Shown here one piece after another: positions 37,694-47,576 of a stretch of DNA of 64,000 nt. The DNA lies in contig DATCJN010000026.1 of assembly GCA_036562755.1 (NCBI GenBank), forward strand, positions 3,339-67,338. Reading direction: 5' to 3'. Each line of letters starts with the position of its first letter. Within the stretch, counting starts at the first letter, position 1. The translations under genes and the position numbers were made by a program. Source of the DNA: Clostridia bacterium (GTDB lineage Bacteria; Bacillota; Clostridia; Christensenellales; DUVY01). The notes under the pieces are model-generated. The model was not told where the DNA came from. It did no database searches and saw only the letters and a list, made by a program, of their open reading frames with translations.

Positions 37694-37933
37694 TTAGTTT
37701 AGATAATCTTCGTAAACATTGCCGTATACGGACAAAATCTTTCTAGAATTCATTATATCCAAAACGTCTTTGTTCATCTTAAACGATAAATCCAACACTT
37801 TGTCATAGTTATCATAATCGCCTTCGATGATTCTTGACGCTTCCTGATTTAGTTCCAAAGAAGTCATTTGGGCTTCTAACAATTTGGCAATGTATCCGTA
37901 ATAAAACATCAAAAAATCAAACTGGACTTTCAA
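37694..37933 (-). CDS. Doubtful small ORF (79 aa) upstream of cdaA
   Basis: It is the only ORF in this interval, but it starts at a TTG that abuts GGGAG with no spacer, and the internal ATGs lack an RBS. No family recognised. Confidence 0.3.
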   Translation of the reverse strand: MKVQFDFLMFYYGYIAKLLEAQMTSLELNQEASRIIEGDYDNYDKVLDLSFKMNKDVLDIMNSRKILSVYGNVYEDYLN

Positions 37934-38161
37934 CTCCCAAACTCCGTCTTTAGGGTAATTAATTTATCATTTAGATAAATTCATAATTATTATACTAATA
38001 CGCTATGTAATTTACAATACAAATAGGCTAAAAACGAACATAAAAATAACAACTTTTTCCAATTATTACAAAATATGACATTTTTACGGTTTTTTAGCGC
38101 GCCGTAAAAATGTCAAATTAAAACAATAAAATACAAAATGGTCTAAATATTTTAGGCCGTG

Positions 38162-39433
38162 TTAATATCCTTCAAACGGGTTATCGTTATTCTTATTTAT
38201 ATTATTGTCTTTATCCTTATTCTCGTATTCTTCGCCAAACACTGTAGGCGGAGGCGTAGGTTTTATGGTTATTACGGGAACGGGATAGCGGATATTATAA
38301 TTTTTGGAGATTAAGAATACAACGGCAATCATAATCACGATAAGCCCCAGCTTGACATAGGCCATAAGGCTGGTATTTATAAGCCAGTTGTAATTGGGCT
38401 TTTGGGCGGCGCTTTTTTCCATAGTTTTAACAAAATCCGCGTCCATAAGAGTATAAAATACTATATTAGCTGCCGCATTCATTTTTTGAACGAAACTGTC
38501 GCCGTAAAGTTCCCTTAATGTCTCGCGGTTGTCGTCCTTAGTATAGATTATGGACGGATTTTTTTCGGACTCCACCATGCCGATTTTATTATTGGTATCC
38601 CAGTTGCGCGAAAAGAAGAATGCGCTGTTTATACCCGCCGATAAAAAGTAATAATTTGAACTGTTTATTCCATAGTGCATATAAGGGAAGGATGGCGTTG
38701 GAATTGACGCGGTCTTTTTGTTGGCGGGCGGAAGCCTTAAAGGTAGGTTGTTTTTATCAGCGATTTCTTTTATATATTTTTCATGGACAGTCGATAATTC
38801 GTCGCAATATAGATACAAATAATCCCCGCCGCCTATGCAGTCCAGGTTAACCGCCAATAGCGTGTTATCTATTTCTTTGGGCAGCATATTTTTCACATAA
38901 TAATTGGCGCCGTATAAGCCTACCTCGTCCGCGCCTAGCGCCACAAAGACTAGATTAAAATCTATGTTTAGATTGTCTTGTTCCTTTAATTCTCCAAATC
39001 GGCTGGCCAAGCTCAACATTACTCCCACGCCGGAGCCGTTGTTATACGCGCCCTCCGCTCCAAAGCCTTCAATATCGTCAGAGCCGTAATAGTTATCGTA
39101 ATGCGCGCAAATAATAACTTGCTTTTGCTTACCTAAGTCTAGTTTGCCAATGACATTTTGGGATGAAACCTTTTTGCCGTTGAATTCAATGTCAAAGGTT
39201 TGTGTTTTGGTCTCTAATCCGAAGGATTCAAATTCTTGGGCGATCCATTCTGCAGCCTTCTTTTCGTCGTCAGAAAAGCTCGTGCGTTTGGGGCAATTGT
39301 CCAAAAAACTGTTCATAAACTCTTCCGCATCCGAAATAGGCGACGATTGCGCGATAACATTTTTAGGCAACCAAAACGAAATCGCAATTATAAATGTTAA
39401 CATCAACGCTAAAGCGCATGTAATTTTTTTCAT
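38162..39433 (-). CDS. M28-family metallopeptidase with N-terminal signal/anchor and C-terminal TM segment
   Basis: HYDN..., GADEVGLYGANYY (M28 metal-ligand region) and a C-terminal hydrophobic helix LMAYVKLGLIVIMIAVVFLI. RBS GGAGG. Confidence 0.75.
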   Translation of the reverse strand: MKKITCALALMLTFIIAISFWLPKNVIAQSSPISDAEEFMNSFLDNCPKRTSFSDDEKKAAEWIAQEFESFGLETKTQTFDIEFNGKKVSSQNVIGKLDLGKQKQVIICAHYDNYYGSDDIEGFGAEGAYNNGSGVGVMLSLASRFGELKEQDNLNIDFNLVFVALGADEVGLYGANYYVKNMLPKEIDNTLLAVNLDCIGGGDYLYLYCDELSTVHEKYIKEIADKNNLPLRLPPANKKTASIPTPSFPYMHYGINSSNYYFLSAGINSAFFFSRNWDTNNKIGMVESEKNPSIIYTKDDNRETLRELYGDSFVQKMNAAANIVFYTLMDADFVKTMEKSAAQKPNYNWLINTSLMAYVKLGLIVIMIAVVFLISKNYNIRYPVPVITIKPTPPPTVFGEEYENKDKDNNINKNNDNPFEGY

Positions 39434-39996
39434 AGCAAGCCTCCAAACGCAGCAAATAATCCGATCGCCGTGCTGATACCGTGATAGAAGAAGAAAATAC
39501 TCGCTACCGCTTTTAACGCTCTAGCCCATAAGAAATTGGGCAAAAGTCTTCTGGACAGCAGGTAATAAGTCATATACAAAAACAAAGCGCTTACGATAAA
39601 ATCAAACAGCGCGCCCCAAACTTGCAAGAGCGGGAAGAAAAAGTATGATATATGAAACGCGCCCAGTATCAGATAACATACAGAGAATGTCACCCGGGTA
39701 TAGTGATATGTTGTTTCTCTGTTTATTATGGGCAACTGTAGTCTTACAAAATAAACTATTACGCGCATAGCAAGCTCAAAAATAGCAAGATTGACAAGCC
39801 CCAAAAAGATATAAAACCACCAGCCAAAAATTTCGGCTGAGCGGCCTATTTGTCCCCAGCTCATCATATAAAACAACATTATCTTGTCTTGAGAGTCATA
39901 CAGCGAAGAAAAGATAATTCCAACTCCCAGCATTATGACGCCTAAATAGACCGGTATCTTGTCGATTAGACTGTTGACCTTTTTCGCAAATTCCAT
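39430..39996 (-). CDS. Hypothetical polytopic membrane protein (188 aa)
   Basis: Five to six hydrophobic segments. Its stop overlaps the M28 peptidase start by 4 nt. RBS AGGTG. Confidence 0.55.
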   Translation of the reverse strand: MEFAKKVNSLIDKIPVYLGVIMLGVGIIFSSLYDSQDKIMLFYMMSWGQIGRSAEIFGWWFYIFLGLVNLAIFELAMRVIVYFVRLQLPIINRETTYHYTRVTFSVCYLILGAFHISYFFFPLLQVWGALFDFIVSALFLYMTYYLLSRRLLPNFLWARALKAVASIFFFYHGISTAIGLFAAFGGLL

Positions 39997-40003
39997 AATT
40001 CAC

Positions 40004-40966
40004 CTAAACATTTATTATATTAATTATAACCTTATCCGCGGCCGTTTTTTTATCTATTTTGCCGCTTTTTATAGAATAATCCATCAAGTGCAGCATATCG
40101 CAAATTTTTTTAAGCTTGACCGCGCCAAACTTTTTGGAATTGGCTTCCAGATATTTAAAAGCGTATTGATTAACGCCAAGTTTTTTGTATAATTCAGGGT
40201 CGTTTTTATTTACCGCCGCGTATAATAACTTTCTAAAATATAAATATACCGAACCTATTAAATATACATCGTCGGTCTCATGTGAAAGGCTGTTCCAAAC
40301 TCTAAAAGCCTGGTCGGGATTTTTTTCGGCTAGGCAGTTAGTCAATTCATAAATCTTATATTCTTCGTCCTTTACGGCTAAATCTTCAACGTCCTGTCTG
40401 GTAATTTTTTCATTGGGCTTATAGGATAATATTTTATCCAGTTCGGTGTTGATTCTGGATAAATCCCTTGAACAATAATTTATTAAAGTATCTATCGCAG
40501 CCTTTTCGATTTTGTCTTGACAGCGGCTTTTTATAAATTTCTCTAGTTCCAGGTTTTCCAGTTTGGAGCAATCTATAACTTGGGCGTAGGCCTTAGCTTT
40601 GGAGAAAAAGTCGCTCTCGTCGGACACAAGCACCAAGATCGAGCTGGGATTGGGATCTTTTAGATATTCCAAAATGGGCTTTCCGGTATTTTTCGCGCCG
40701 CCGTTATTAACGGGCTTGGTAGTGGAAAATTCCATTGCCACGACTACTCTATAATCCGAACCCCAGGGTAAAATTTTAAGGGCGTTGACTATATTATCTT
40801 CGCGCTCGTTTTCTTGAAAGACTACGCTGTTAAGCTCAGGAGTAGATACGATAGAGCAAAACATATCCACGGCCGAATTTATCAGCCAGCGGTCGTCGCC
40901 TTGAAGGATATAACAGGGCGCGTATTTTCCGCCCTTTAGATGCGAGCTTAATGCGTTGTATTTCAT
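40004..40966 (-). CDS. holA: DNA polymerase III delta subunit
   Basis: The N-terminus ...KGGKYAPCYILQGDDRWLI, the length and the position next to comEC are typical of HolA. Confidence 0.8.
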   Translation of the reverse strand: MKYNALSSHLKGGKYAPCYILQGDDRWLINSAVDMFCSIVSTPELNSVVFQENEREDNIVNALKILPWGSDYRVVVAMEFSTTKPVNNGGAKNTGKPILEYLKDPNPSSILVLVSDESDFFSKAKAYAQVIDCSKLENLELEKFIKSRCQDKIEKAAIDTLINYCSRDLSRINTELDKILSYKPNEKITRQDVEDLAVKDEEYKIYELTNCLAEKNPDQAFRVWNSLSHETDDVYLIGSVYLYFRKLLYAAVNKNDPELYKKLGVNQYAFKYLEANSKKFGAVKLKKICDMLHLMDYSIKSGKIDKKTAADKVIINIINV

Positions 40967-41469
40967 CTTATGACCTTATTCTTTAATTCTAAAATATATT
41001 TCTTAAAATAGTTTGTCATTTTGGATAATATTATGTTTATTGCCAAAACATAGCAAGAAATAGCCACAGGGATAAGGCTTATAAGCCCTCTTAGGATATA
41101 ATTCATCGAGCCCCAGCCGAAGATTGCGGCAATATTAAATATTTTGAGCAGGATCAATAAGCCGCTTAAAAAATGTTTTATATTTTTGTTTTTTATCCGA
41201 CCTGAAAAAAGCAATAGACCAAAGGCATAAAGCACGGTTATTACCCTTAACGCCCAAGTAAGCGCGGCAAGCGTAATCAATTTTTTGTCGCCAAAAGCGT
41301 TTTTAAAAGTCAGAATCTCAAACAATATCATTAAAAGGGATAGTAAAAAAATAACGAGTCCTGAAATAATTTTAAGCCTTCTTAGCTTTTTGATTGCGTT
41401 TTCTTTTAACGAAATTGCTTTTTCTTTTAATTCAAAAATCGGCGTAATAACCATACCCTGCTTTATCAC
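40963..41469 (-). CDS. Hypothetical polytopic membrane protein (168 aa)
   Basis: Four hydrophobic segments. It overlaps the holA start by 4 nt. GTG start. No family recognised. Confidence 0.5.
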   Translation of the reverse strand: MIKQGMVITPIFELKEKAISLKENAIKKLRRLKIISGLVIFLLSLLMILFEILTFKNAFGDKKLITLAALTWALRVITVLYAFGLLLFSGRIKNKNIKHFLSGLLILLKIFNIAAIFGWGSMNYILRGLISLIPVAISCYVLAINIILSKMTNYFKKYILELKNKVIR

Positions 41470-41494
41470 AATTTTAACATAAATAAAAGATTAA

Positions 41495-43630
41495 CTAAAG
41501 CAAAAAGGTATAATTATCGCTTTCGCTTAGTTTGATAATATTAAGATCGGTATCCTCGCAATCAAAAACTAAGAACATATAAAAGTCTATTCCTTTAATG
41601 CGCTTATCGCACACCAAAATGTCGCATCCGCCGCTTAAGACGTTTAAGATTTCCAAATTATCCTCGTCAAACACCAAAGGATACAAAAATTTTTTGCCGC
41701 CGACAAGGACGCTCGTGCCCAGCCTTATATTATTATAGCTATAAGAAAATACTTCCAAACCGCTGATTTTATAATTGATTTCGTCAAAAATTTGGATAAC
41801 GTCGATTTTGGATTGAACTTCTATCTCGTCGCACAAAGCCCAGTCGTCAGTCACTATGGCTATTTTATCGGGGCGGAAATCTTTGGCTAGACTTATAACG
41901 GCTTGAGGATGTCTGGGCGAAGAGGTTATGATTATGTAATCAATTTTTCGGATTTTTTGCTTGATTAGCTCTTTTTTTATCTTTGAATAATTATACTGAT
42001 TAACTTCGCCTATTAAATATTTTGAGTTATCCTGGACGGCCAGCCCCGCGGAGCCTACGGGTATGGCATAAGCCGTGAAAAAATCTTGTGCGTATGTAAC
42101 GGGGATATTGCTAAAAACCGCGGACATCGCCAGACAAACAGTCAAAGCCAAATAAGCTAACGCCTTAAATTTTTTGCCAAGATTGACATGCCCGCCCAAG
42201 ACAAACGCGATTAAATAATATAAAGCCGAAAAAGCGCCTAATGAAAAAATAATAAATTCAGAATAAGGCAAACCGCTTATCAATCTTGTAAGAGTGTTTA
42301 TGATTTTAAGCCCCCAACCAATCGGAATAACCAAAAACGCCGTAAATGGCAGGATAATAGATATTAGGCACGCCGCGAATAAAGCTATAAAGACAATGTT
42401 TATTAAAGGCAGCAAAACCAAGTTAGATACCAAAGAATAAACCGAAAACGAATTAAAGAAATGCGCCATTAAAGGATAGACGCCGATATTTGCCGACAAG
42501 GTCATAGCCAAAAGTTGAGAGATTTTGGCGCCTATCTTGCTTTTTAGTATCTTATTAAATACTTTTACTAAGGAAGAATAAAGGCATATTATGCAAAACA
42601 TAGAAGCGAAGGATAACAAAAAGGAAAGATTATAAATATACAACGGTCTAAAGATAAGCATCAATATGCCAGCAAACCCCAAGCTGTTTAGAGAATCCGG
42701 TCTATATCCGAAAGTCTTGCAAAAAATCATAATAATGCCCATTATGCCCGCCCGTAAAACTGAGGGCGCAAATCCGCACAAGGCGCAATAAAAAGCGATA
42801 AACAGGCTCAATATGATTAATTTTAAAAATCTATGACCTTTAATGCGGGATAAAGCGGCGTTTAAGCACAAAATCAAAAAGCTGATGTTTAACCCCGACA
42901 CCGCTAAGACGTGGGCAAGTCCAGCCGTTTTGTAGCTGTTATAGATATCGCCGGAAATATAATCTCTGTTGCCCGTTATCATCGCGTAAGCAATGCTTGA
43001 AGCGTCTTTATCGGGGATATTAAAGGTAATCTCCTTTATTTTGTATCTTATGCCGGACAAAACATCGGGCCTGCCGCCATAACGCCTTACGTCAAATTCG
43101 GCGCATTTTAGGATATATTTAATATTTTCGTGATAGTTATAATGCTCAACACCGCCGGAGGCTATTAAATCAAGTGAGATTAGTTCGCCTTCATAAATTA
43201 ACAGCTTGTCCCCCGCCCGCAAGTTATACAGGTAGCTTTGCTCGTCTAACGTTATATAAGCCAAAACTTTGCCCTTAATTTTTTGCCCGTTGACCTTTAT
43301 GTCCTTGCCCAGAACTGTCAATTGGTTTTGCTCTTCGATTATCTGGTCAGTAAGAGTAAAAATTATTTGGCCTTTTTTATCTTCGCCTTTCCAAAAGAAA
43401 AAAGTATAAAGAGTAGAAACAGCGCAAATCAACGACAAGACCAAAGCAATTATTAAATAAGGGCGGTTATTATCGCAAAAGACAATGAGGATAAACGCGG
43501 CGCAAACGACTGCAAAACTTGCCGCCGACCAAAAGTAATTTCGGCGAACTATCTCGCATATTCCTAGTATTAGCGCACCTAATAATACGCTCAAAAAGAA
43601 TAAAAAACGAAAGTTAATGACTTTTTTCAT
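41495..43630 (-). CDS. comEC: DNA internalisation-related competence protein ComEC/Rec2
   Basis: 711-aa polytopic protein with the Competence domain pattern (GLAHVLAVSGLNISFL) and a C-terminal soluble domain. Confidence 0.85.
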   Translation of the reverse strand: MKKVINFRFLFFLSVLLGALILGICEIVRRNYFWSAASFAVVCAAFILIVFCDNNRPYLIIALVLSLICAVSTLYTFFFWKGEDKKGQIIFTLTDQIIEEQNQLTVLGKDIKVNGQKIKGKVLAYITLDEQSYLYNLRAGDKLLIYEGELISLDLIASGGVEHYNYHENIKYILKCAEFDVRRYGGRPDVLSGIRYKIKEITFNIPDKDASSIAYAMITGNRDYISGDIYNSYKTAGLAHVLAVSGLNISFLILCLNAALSRIKGHRFLKLIILSLFIAFYCALCGFAPSVLRAGIMGIIMIFCKTFGYRPDSLNSLGFAGILMLIFRPLYIYNLSFLLSFASMFCIICLYSSLVKVFNKILKSKIGAKISQLLAMTLSANIGVYPLMAHFFNSFSVYSLVSNLVLLPLINIVFIALFAACLISIILPFTAFLVIPIGWGLKIINTLTRLISGLPYSEFIIFSLGAFSALYYLIAFVLGGHVNLGKKFKALAYLALTVCLAMSAVFSNIPVTYAQDFFTAYAIPVGSAGLAVQDNSKYLIGEVNQYNYSKIKKELIKQKIRKIDYIIITSSPRHPQAVISLAKDFRPDKIAIVTDDWALCDEIEVQSKIDVIQIFDEINYKISGLEVFSYSYNNIRLGTSVLVGGKKFLYPLVFDEDNLEILNVLSGGCDILVCDKRIKGIDFYMFLVFDCEDTDLNIIKLSESDNYTFLL

Positions 43631-43706
43631 TTTTTGACAAAATTTCTTATTAAAAAATTATGCACAAAAATATGTTTAAAACAAATAAATAGTTAGGAGC
43701 AAGATA

Positions 43707-45221
43707 ATTAAGGATCTACTTAAAACCACCTTAACCATAATTTTATTTTCGGTAACGACTAAGGTAATAGGGTTTTTCTTCAGATGGTATCTATCCAGAA
43801 CGCTGGGCGCCGAGATGATGGGCGTCTACCAGGTAGCGTTTTCTGTTTTTATTGTTTTTTTAGTAATGGTTACCAGCGGTATCCCCATTACCGTTACGGC
43901 GTTGACCGCGCGCTCTCAATTTGACGGCAGCATTAATCAAGGCTCTACGGTGAGCGCGGCGGTTTTGATTAACATAATTATCAGTCTTTTAGCCGTATTT
44001 ATTGTCTTGTTTTTTGAAAATATCTGGCGCTCAATATTTACCAATCCTTTAAGCTACAACATCTTGTTGATGCTTATGCCCGCCGTAATTTTTTCGTCCA
44101 TAGGCGATTCTTATAAAGGCAATGTTTGGGGCAAAAAGCGTTATTTTGCTGTTTCGGGCATCGAGTTAATAGAACAAACGGTAAGGATACTGATTTGCAT
44201 AATACTGTTCTTGTTTGCGAAAGACTCTTTTACGCGCGCGAGTCTAGCCGCGCTTTCTTTGTCGATTGCGTGCGGCGTAAGCGCGTTGATTATGATTTTA
44301 TATTACCGAAAGCTTGGCGGACGGACGCTTGTTATGGAAGGACATTTAAAAAAAGTCTTTCAAATGTCCGCTCCCATTACAGTAATGCGGGTAAGCTCCG
44401 CTTTGGTAAATTTTTTGATAGCCGTGTTGGTGCCCAATAGATTAATAGCCTCGGGACTGAATAATTCGCAAGCTATGGAAGTGTATGGCTCAAGCGTAGG
44501 TATGTCTATGGGTTTCTTGTTTGCGCCCATATCGCTTACGGGCGCATTGGCGGTGGCGCTGGTGCCGCGCCTAAACGAAGAATACGAATGCAAAGACATG
44601 GCATGCCTTGGCAACACCGCAAAAAACGCCTTAAATTTTTCCATAATAGTCGCTTTTATTTTTATTCCTATGTTTTTAACCTTAGGAGACCAAATAGGAG
44701 TATTTATCTTTAAAAACCAACTCTCAGGCGAATTTTTAGCAAAATCGGCTATAATAATCATCGCCTTTACCATAGAGCATATAACCTCGTCAATGATGAA
44801 TTCTATGGGACTGCAATATAAGGCGTTTATTAATTATTATATAGGCACGGCGCTGCTCGTAATTTGCATCTGGTTTTTGACGCCGATATTTAGAATAGAC
44901 GCGTTAATAATAGGGCTTGGAGTATCCAACACAGTCAGCGCAATATTGCACATTTACCAAATCAAAAAATTAACCAATATGAAAATGGATTTTTTAAAAA
45001 CTTTGGGGCTAAATTTTGCCTTTTTAATTCCCTCTTGCGCGCTTTCGTATTCGCTAAAACTTCTTCTAAAAGGCGCGCCTGACTTTTGGCGGCTGCTTGT
45101 CTGCGCCACAGTCGCGGTATTGTCGATTTTTCTATTAAATATCTGCTTTAATCTCTTAGATTTTTCGGCCTTCTTTAACTTCAAAAAACCTAAAAAAAGA
45201 CTTATGGTTATTATAAAATAA
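43707..45221 (+). CDS. MOP-superfamily flippase (SpoVB/MurJ-like), probable non-canonical ATT start
   Basis: ~14 TM segments. The conserved N-terminal helix plus the LGAEMMGVYQVAF motif begin upstream of the first ATG (43815). AGGAG at 43695-43699 lies 7 nt before the ATT at 43707 (see finding). Confidence 0.7.
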   Translation: MKDLLKTTLTIILFSVTTKVIGFFFRWYLSRTLGAEMMGVYQVAFSVFIVFLVMVTSGIPITVTALTARSQFDGSINQGSTVSAAVLINIIISLLAVFIVLFFENIWRSIFTNPLSYNILLMLMPAVIFSSIGDSYKGNVWGKKRYFAVSGIELIEQTVRILICIILFLFAKDSFTRASLAALSLSIACGVSALIMILYYRKLGGRTLVMEGHLKKVFQMSAPITVMRVSSALVNFLIAVLVPNRLIASGLNNSQAMEVYGSSVGMSMGFLFAPISLTGALAVALVPRLNEEYECKDMACLGNTAKNALNFSIIVAFIFIPMFLTLGDQIGVFIFKNQLSGEFLAKSAIIIIAFTIEHITSSMMNSMGLQYKAFINYYIGTALLVICIWFLTPIFRIDALIIGLGVSNTVSAILHIYQIKKLTNMKMDFLKTLGLNFAFLIPSCALSYSLKLLLKGAPDFWRLLVCATVAVLSIFLLNICFNLLDFSAFFNFKKPKKRLMVIIK

Positions 45222-45289
45222 CATATATTGCAAAGTATAAGAAAATGGGCTATATTTAAATTAAGATAAAAAAACACAGGAAAAAGGAT

Positions 45290-45625
45290 ATGAATATTTT
45301 AAAAAACATCGAATTTGAAAAGGCTTTGGAACTTGGTTCTTTAGTGGACTATCACGACGGTCAAGTCGTAAGTCGCACATTGGCTCAAAACAAGCATGTA
45401 AGCGTTACTTTGTTTTCGTTTGCTAAGGGCGAAGAAATTTCTTCGCATTCTTCTAGCGGCGACGCGCTCGTAACCGTTTTAGAAGGCGAAGCCGAAATCA
45501 CTATTGGCGACAAAAAGCATATAGTCAAAGGCGGCCAAAGCATAGTTATGCCCGCCCAAGTCCCTCACGCGCTTTTTGCTAAAGAGCGGTTTAAAATGCT
45601 GTTGGTAGTCGTATTCCCCGGTTAA
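45290..45625 (+). CDS. Cupin-domain protein
   Basis: 111 aa. GEEISSHSSSGDALVTVLEGEAEITIG...MPAQVPHAL matches the cupin two-motif pattern. Confidence 0.8.
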   Translation: MNILKNIEFEKALELGSLVDYHDGQVVSRTLAQNKHVSVTLFSFAKGEEISSHSSSGDALVTVLEGEAEITIGDKKHIVKGGQSIVMPAQVPHALFAKERFKMLLVVVFPG

Positions 45626-45631
45626 TTTTCA

Positions 45632-45661
45632 TAAAAAAAGCGGTTTTTTAAAACCGCTTTT

Positions 45662-45664
<3 letters not shown>
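45632..45664. terminator. Bidirectional terminator between convergent cupin and clpX genes
   Basis: AGCGGTTT (45639-45646) / AAACCGCT (45651-45658) with an A-run before and a T-run after. Confidence 0.75.
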
Positions 45665-46903
<1,239 letters not shown>

Positions 46904-46905
46904 AG

Positions 46906-47514
46906 TCAGCTCCTTTTTACAAAAATCTTATCGATTAGTCCGTATTTTAACGCCTCTTCGGCAGACATGTAGTAGTCTCTGTCAATGTCTCTTTCAATTT
47001 TGGCGGGCGGTTGGCCGGTTAGCTCGGACATTAGCCTAATCATCTTTTGCTTGATTTTTAAGATATGTTCGGCCTGAATAGCTATGTCGCTGGCCTGGCC
47101 TTGAGTGCCGCCTAGAGGTTGGTGAATCATTATTTCGCTGTTAGGCAAAGCAAATCTCTTGCCTTTAGCGCCTGACGCAAGCAAGAACGCTGCCATAGAG
47201 GCGGCCATTCCTACGCAAATCGTGCTTACGTCGGGCTTGATATAATTCATAGTGTCAAATATAGCCATGCCCGCGGATATACTGCCGCCGGGGCTGTTGA
47301 TATACAAACAAATGTCTTTATCGATATTTTTTCCTTCCAGGTAAATTAACTGAGCAATTACCAAATTGGCGGTTACGTCGTTGATTTCGCCGTTTAGGAA
47401 AACTATGCGGTCTTCAAGAAGTCTCGAATATATGTCAAAAGATCGCTCGCCCCTTTCCGTCTGTTCGACGACAATGGGCACTAGACTGTTTTTGACTTGA
47501 AAATCTTTATACAT
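46906..47514 (-). CDS. clpP: ATP-dependent Clp protease proteolytic subunit ClpP
   Basis: [11 protein letters not shown] (Ser) and IMIHQP (His) motifs. Confidence 0.95.
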   Translation of the reverse strand: MYKDFQVKNSLVPIVVEQTERGERSFDIYSRLLEDRIVFLNGEINDVTANLVIAQLIYLEGKNIDKDICLYINSPGGSISAGMAIFDTMNYIKPDVSTICVGMAASMAAFLLASGAKGKRFALPNSEIMIHQPLGGTQGQASDIAIQAEHILKIKQKMIRLMSELTGQPPAKIERDIDRDYYMSAEEALKYGLIDKIFVKRS

Positions 47515-47576
47515 ATTTCTACCTCTTATATTTTATAACTGTTTTTTCCCAATTATTCTAGAAAATAAACTCATTA

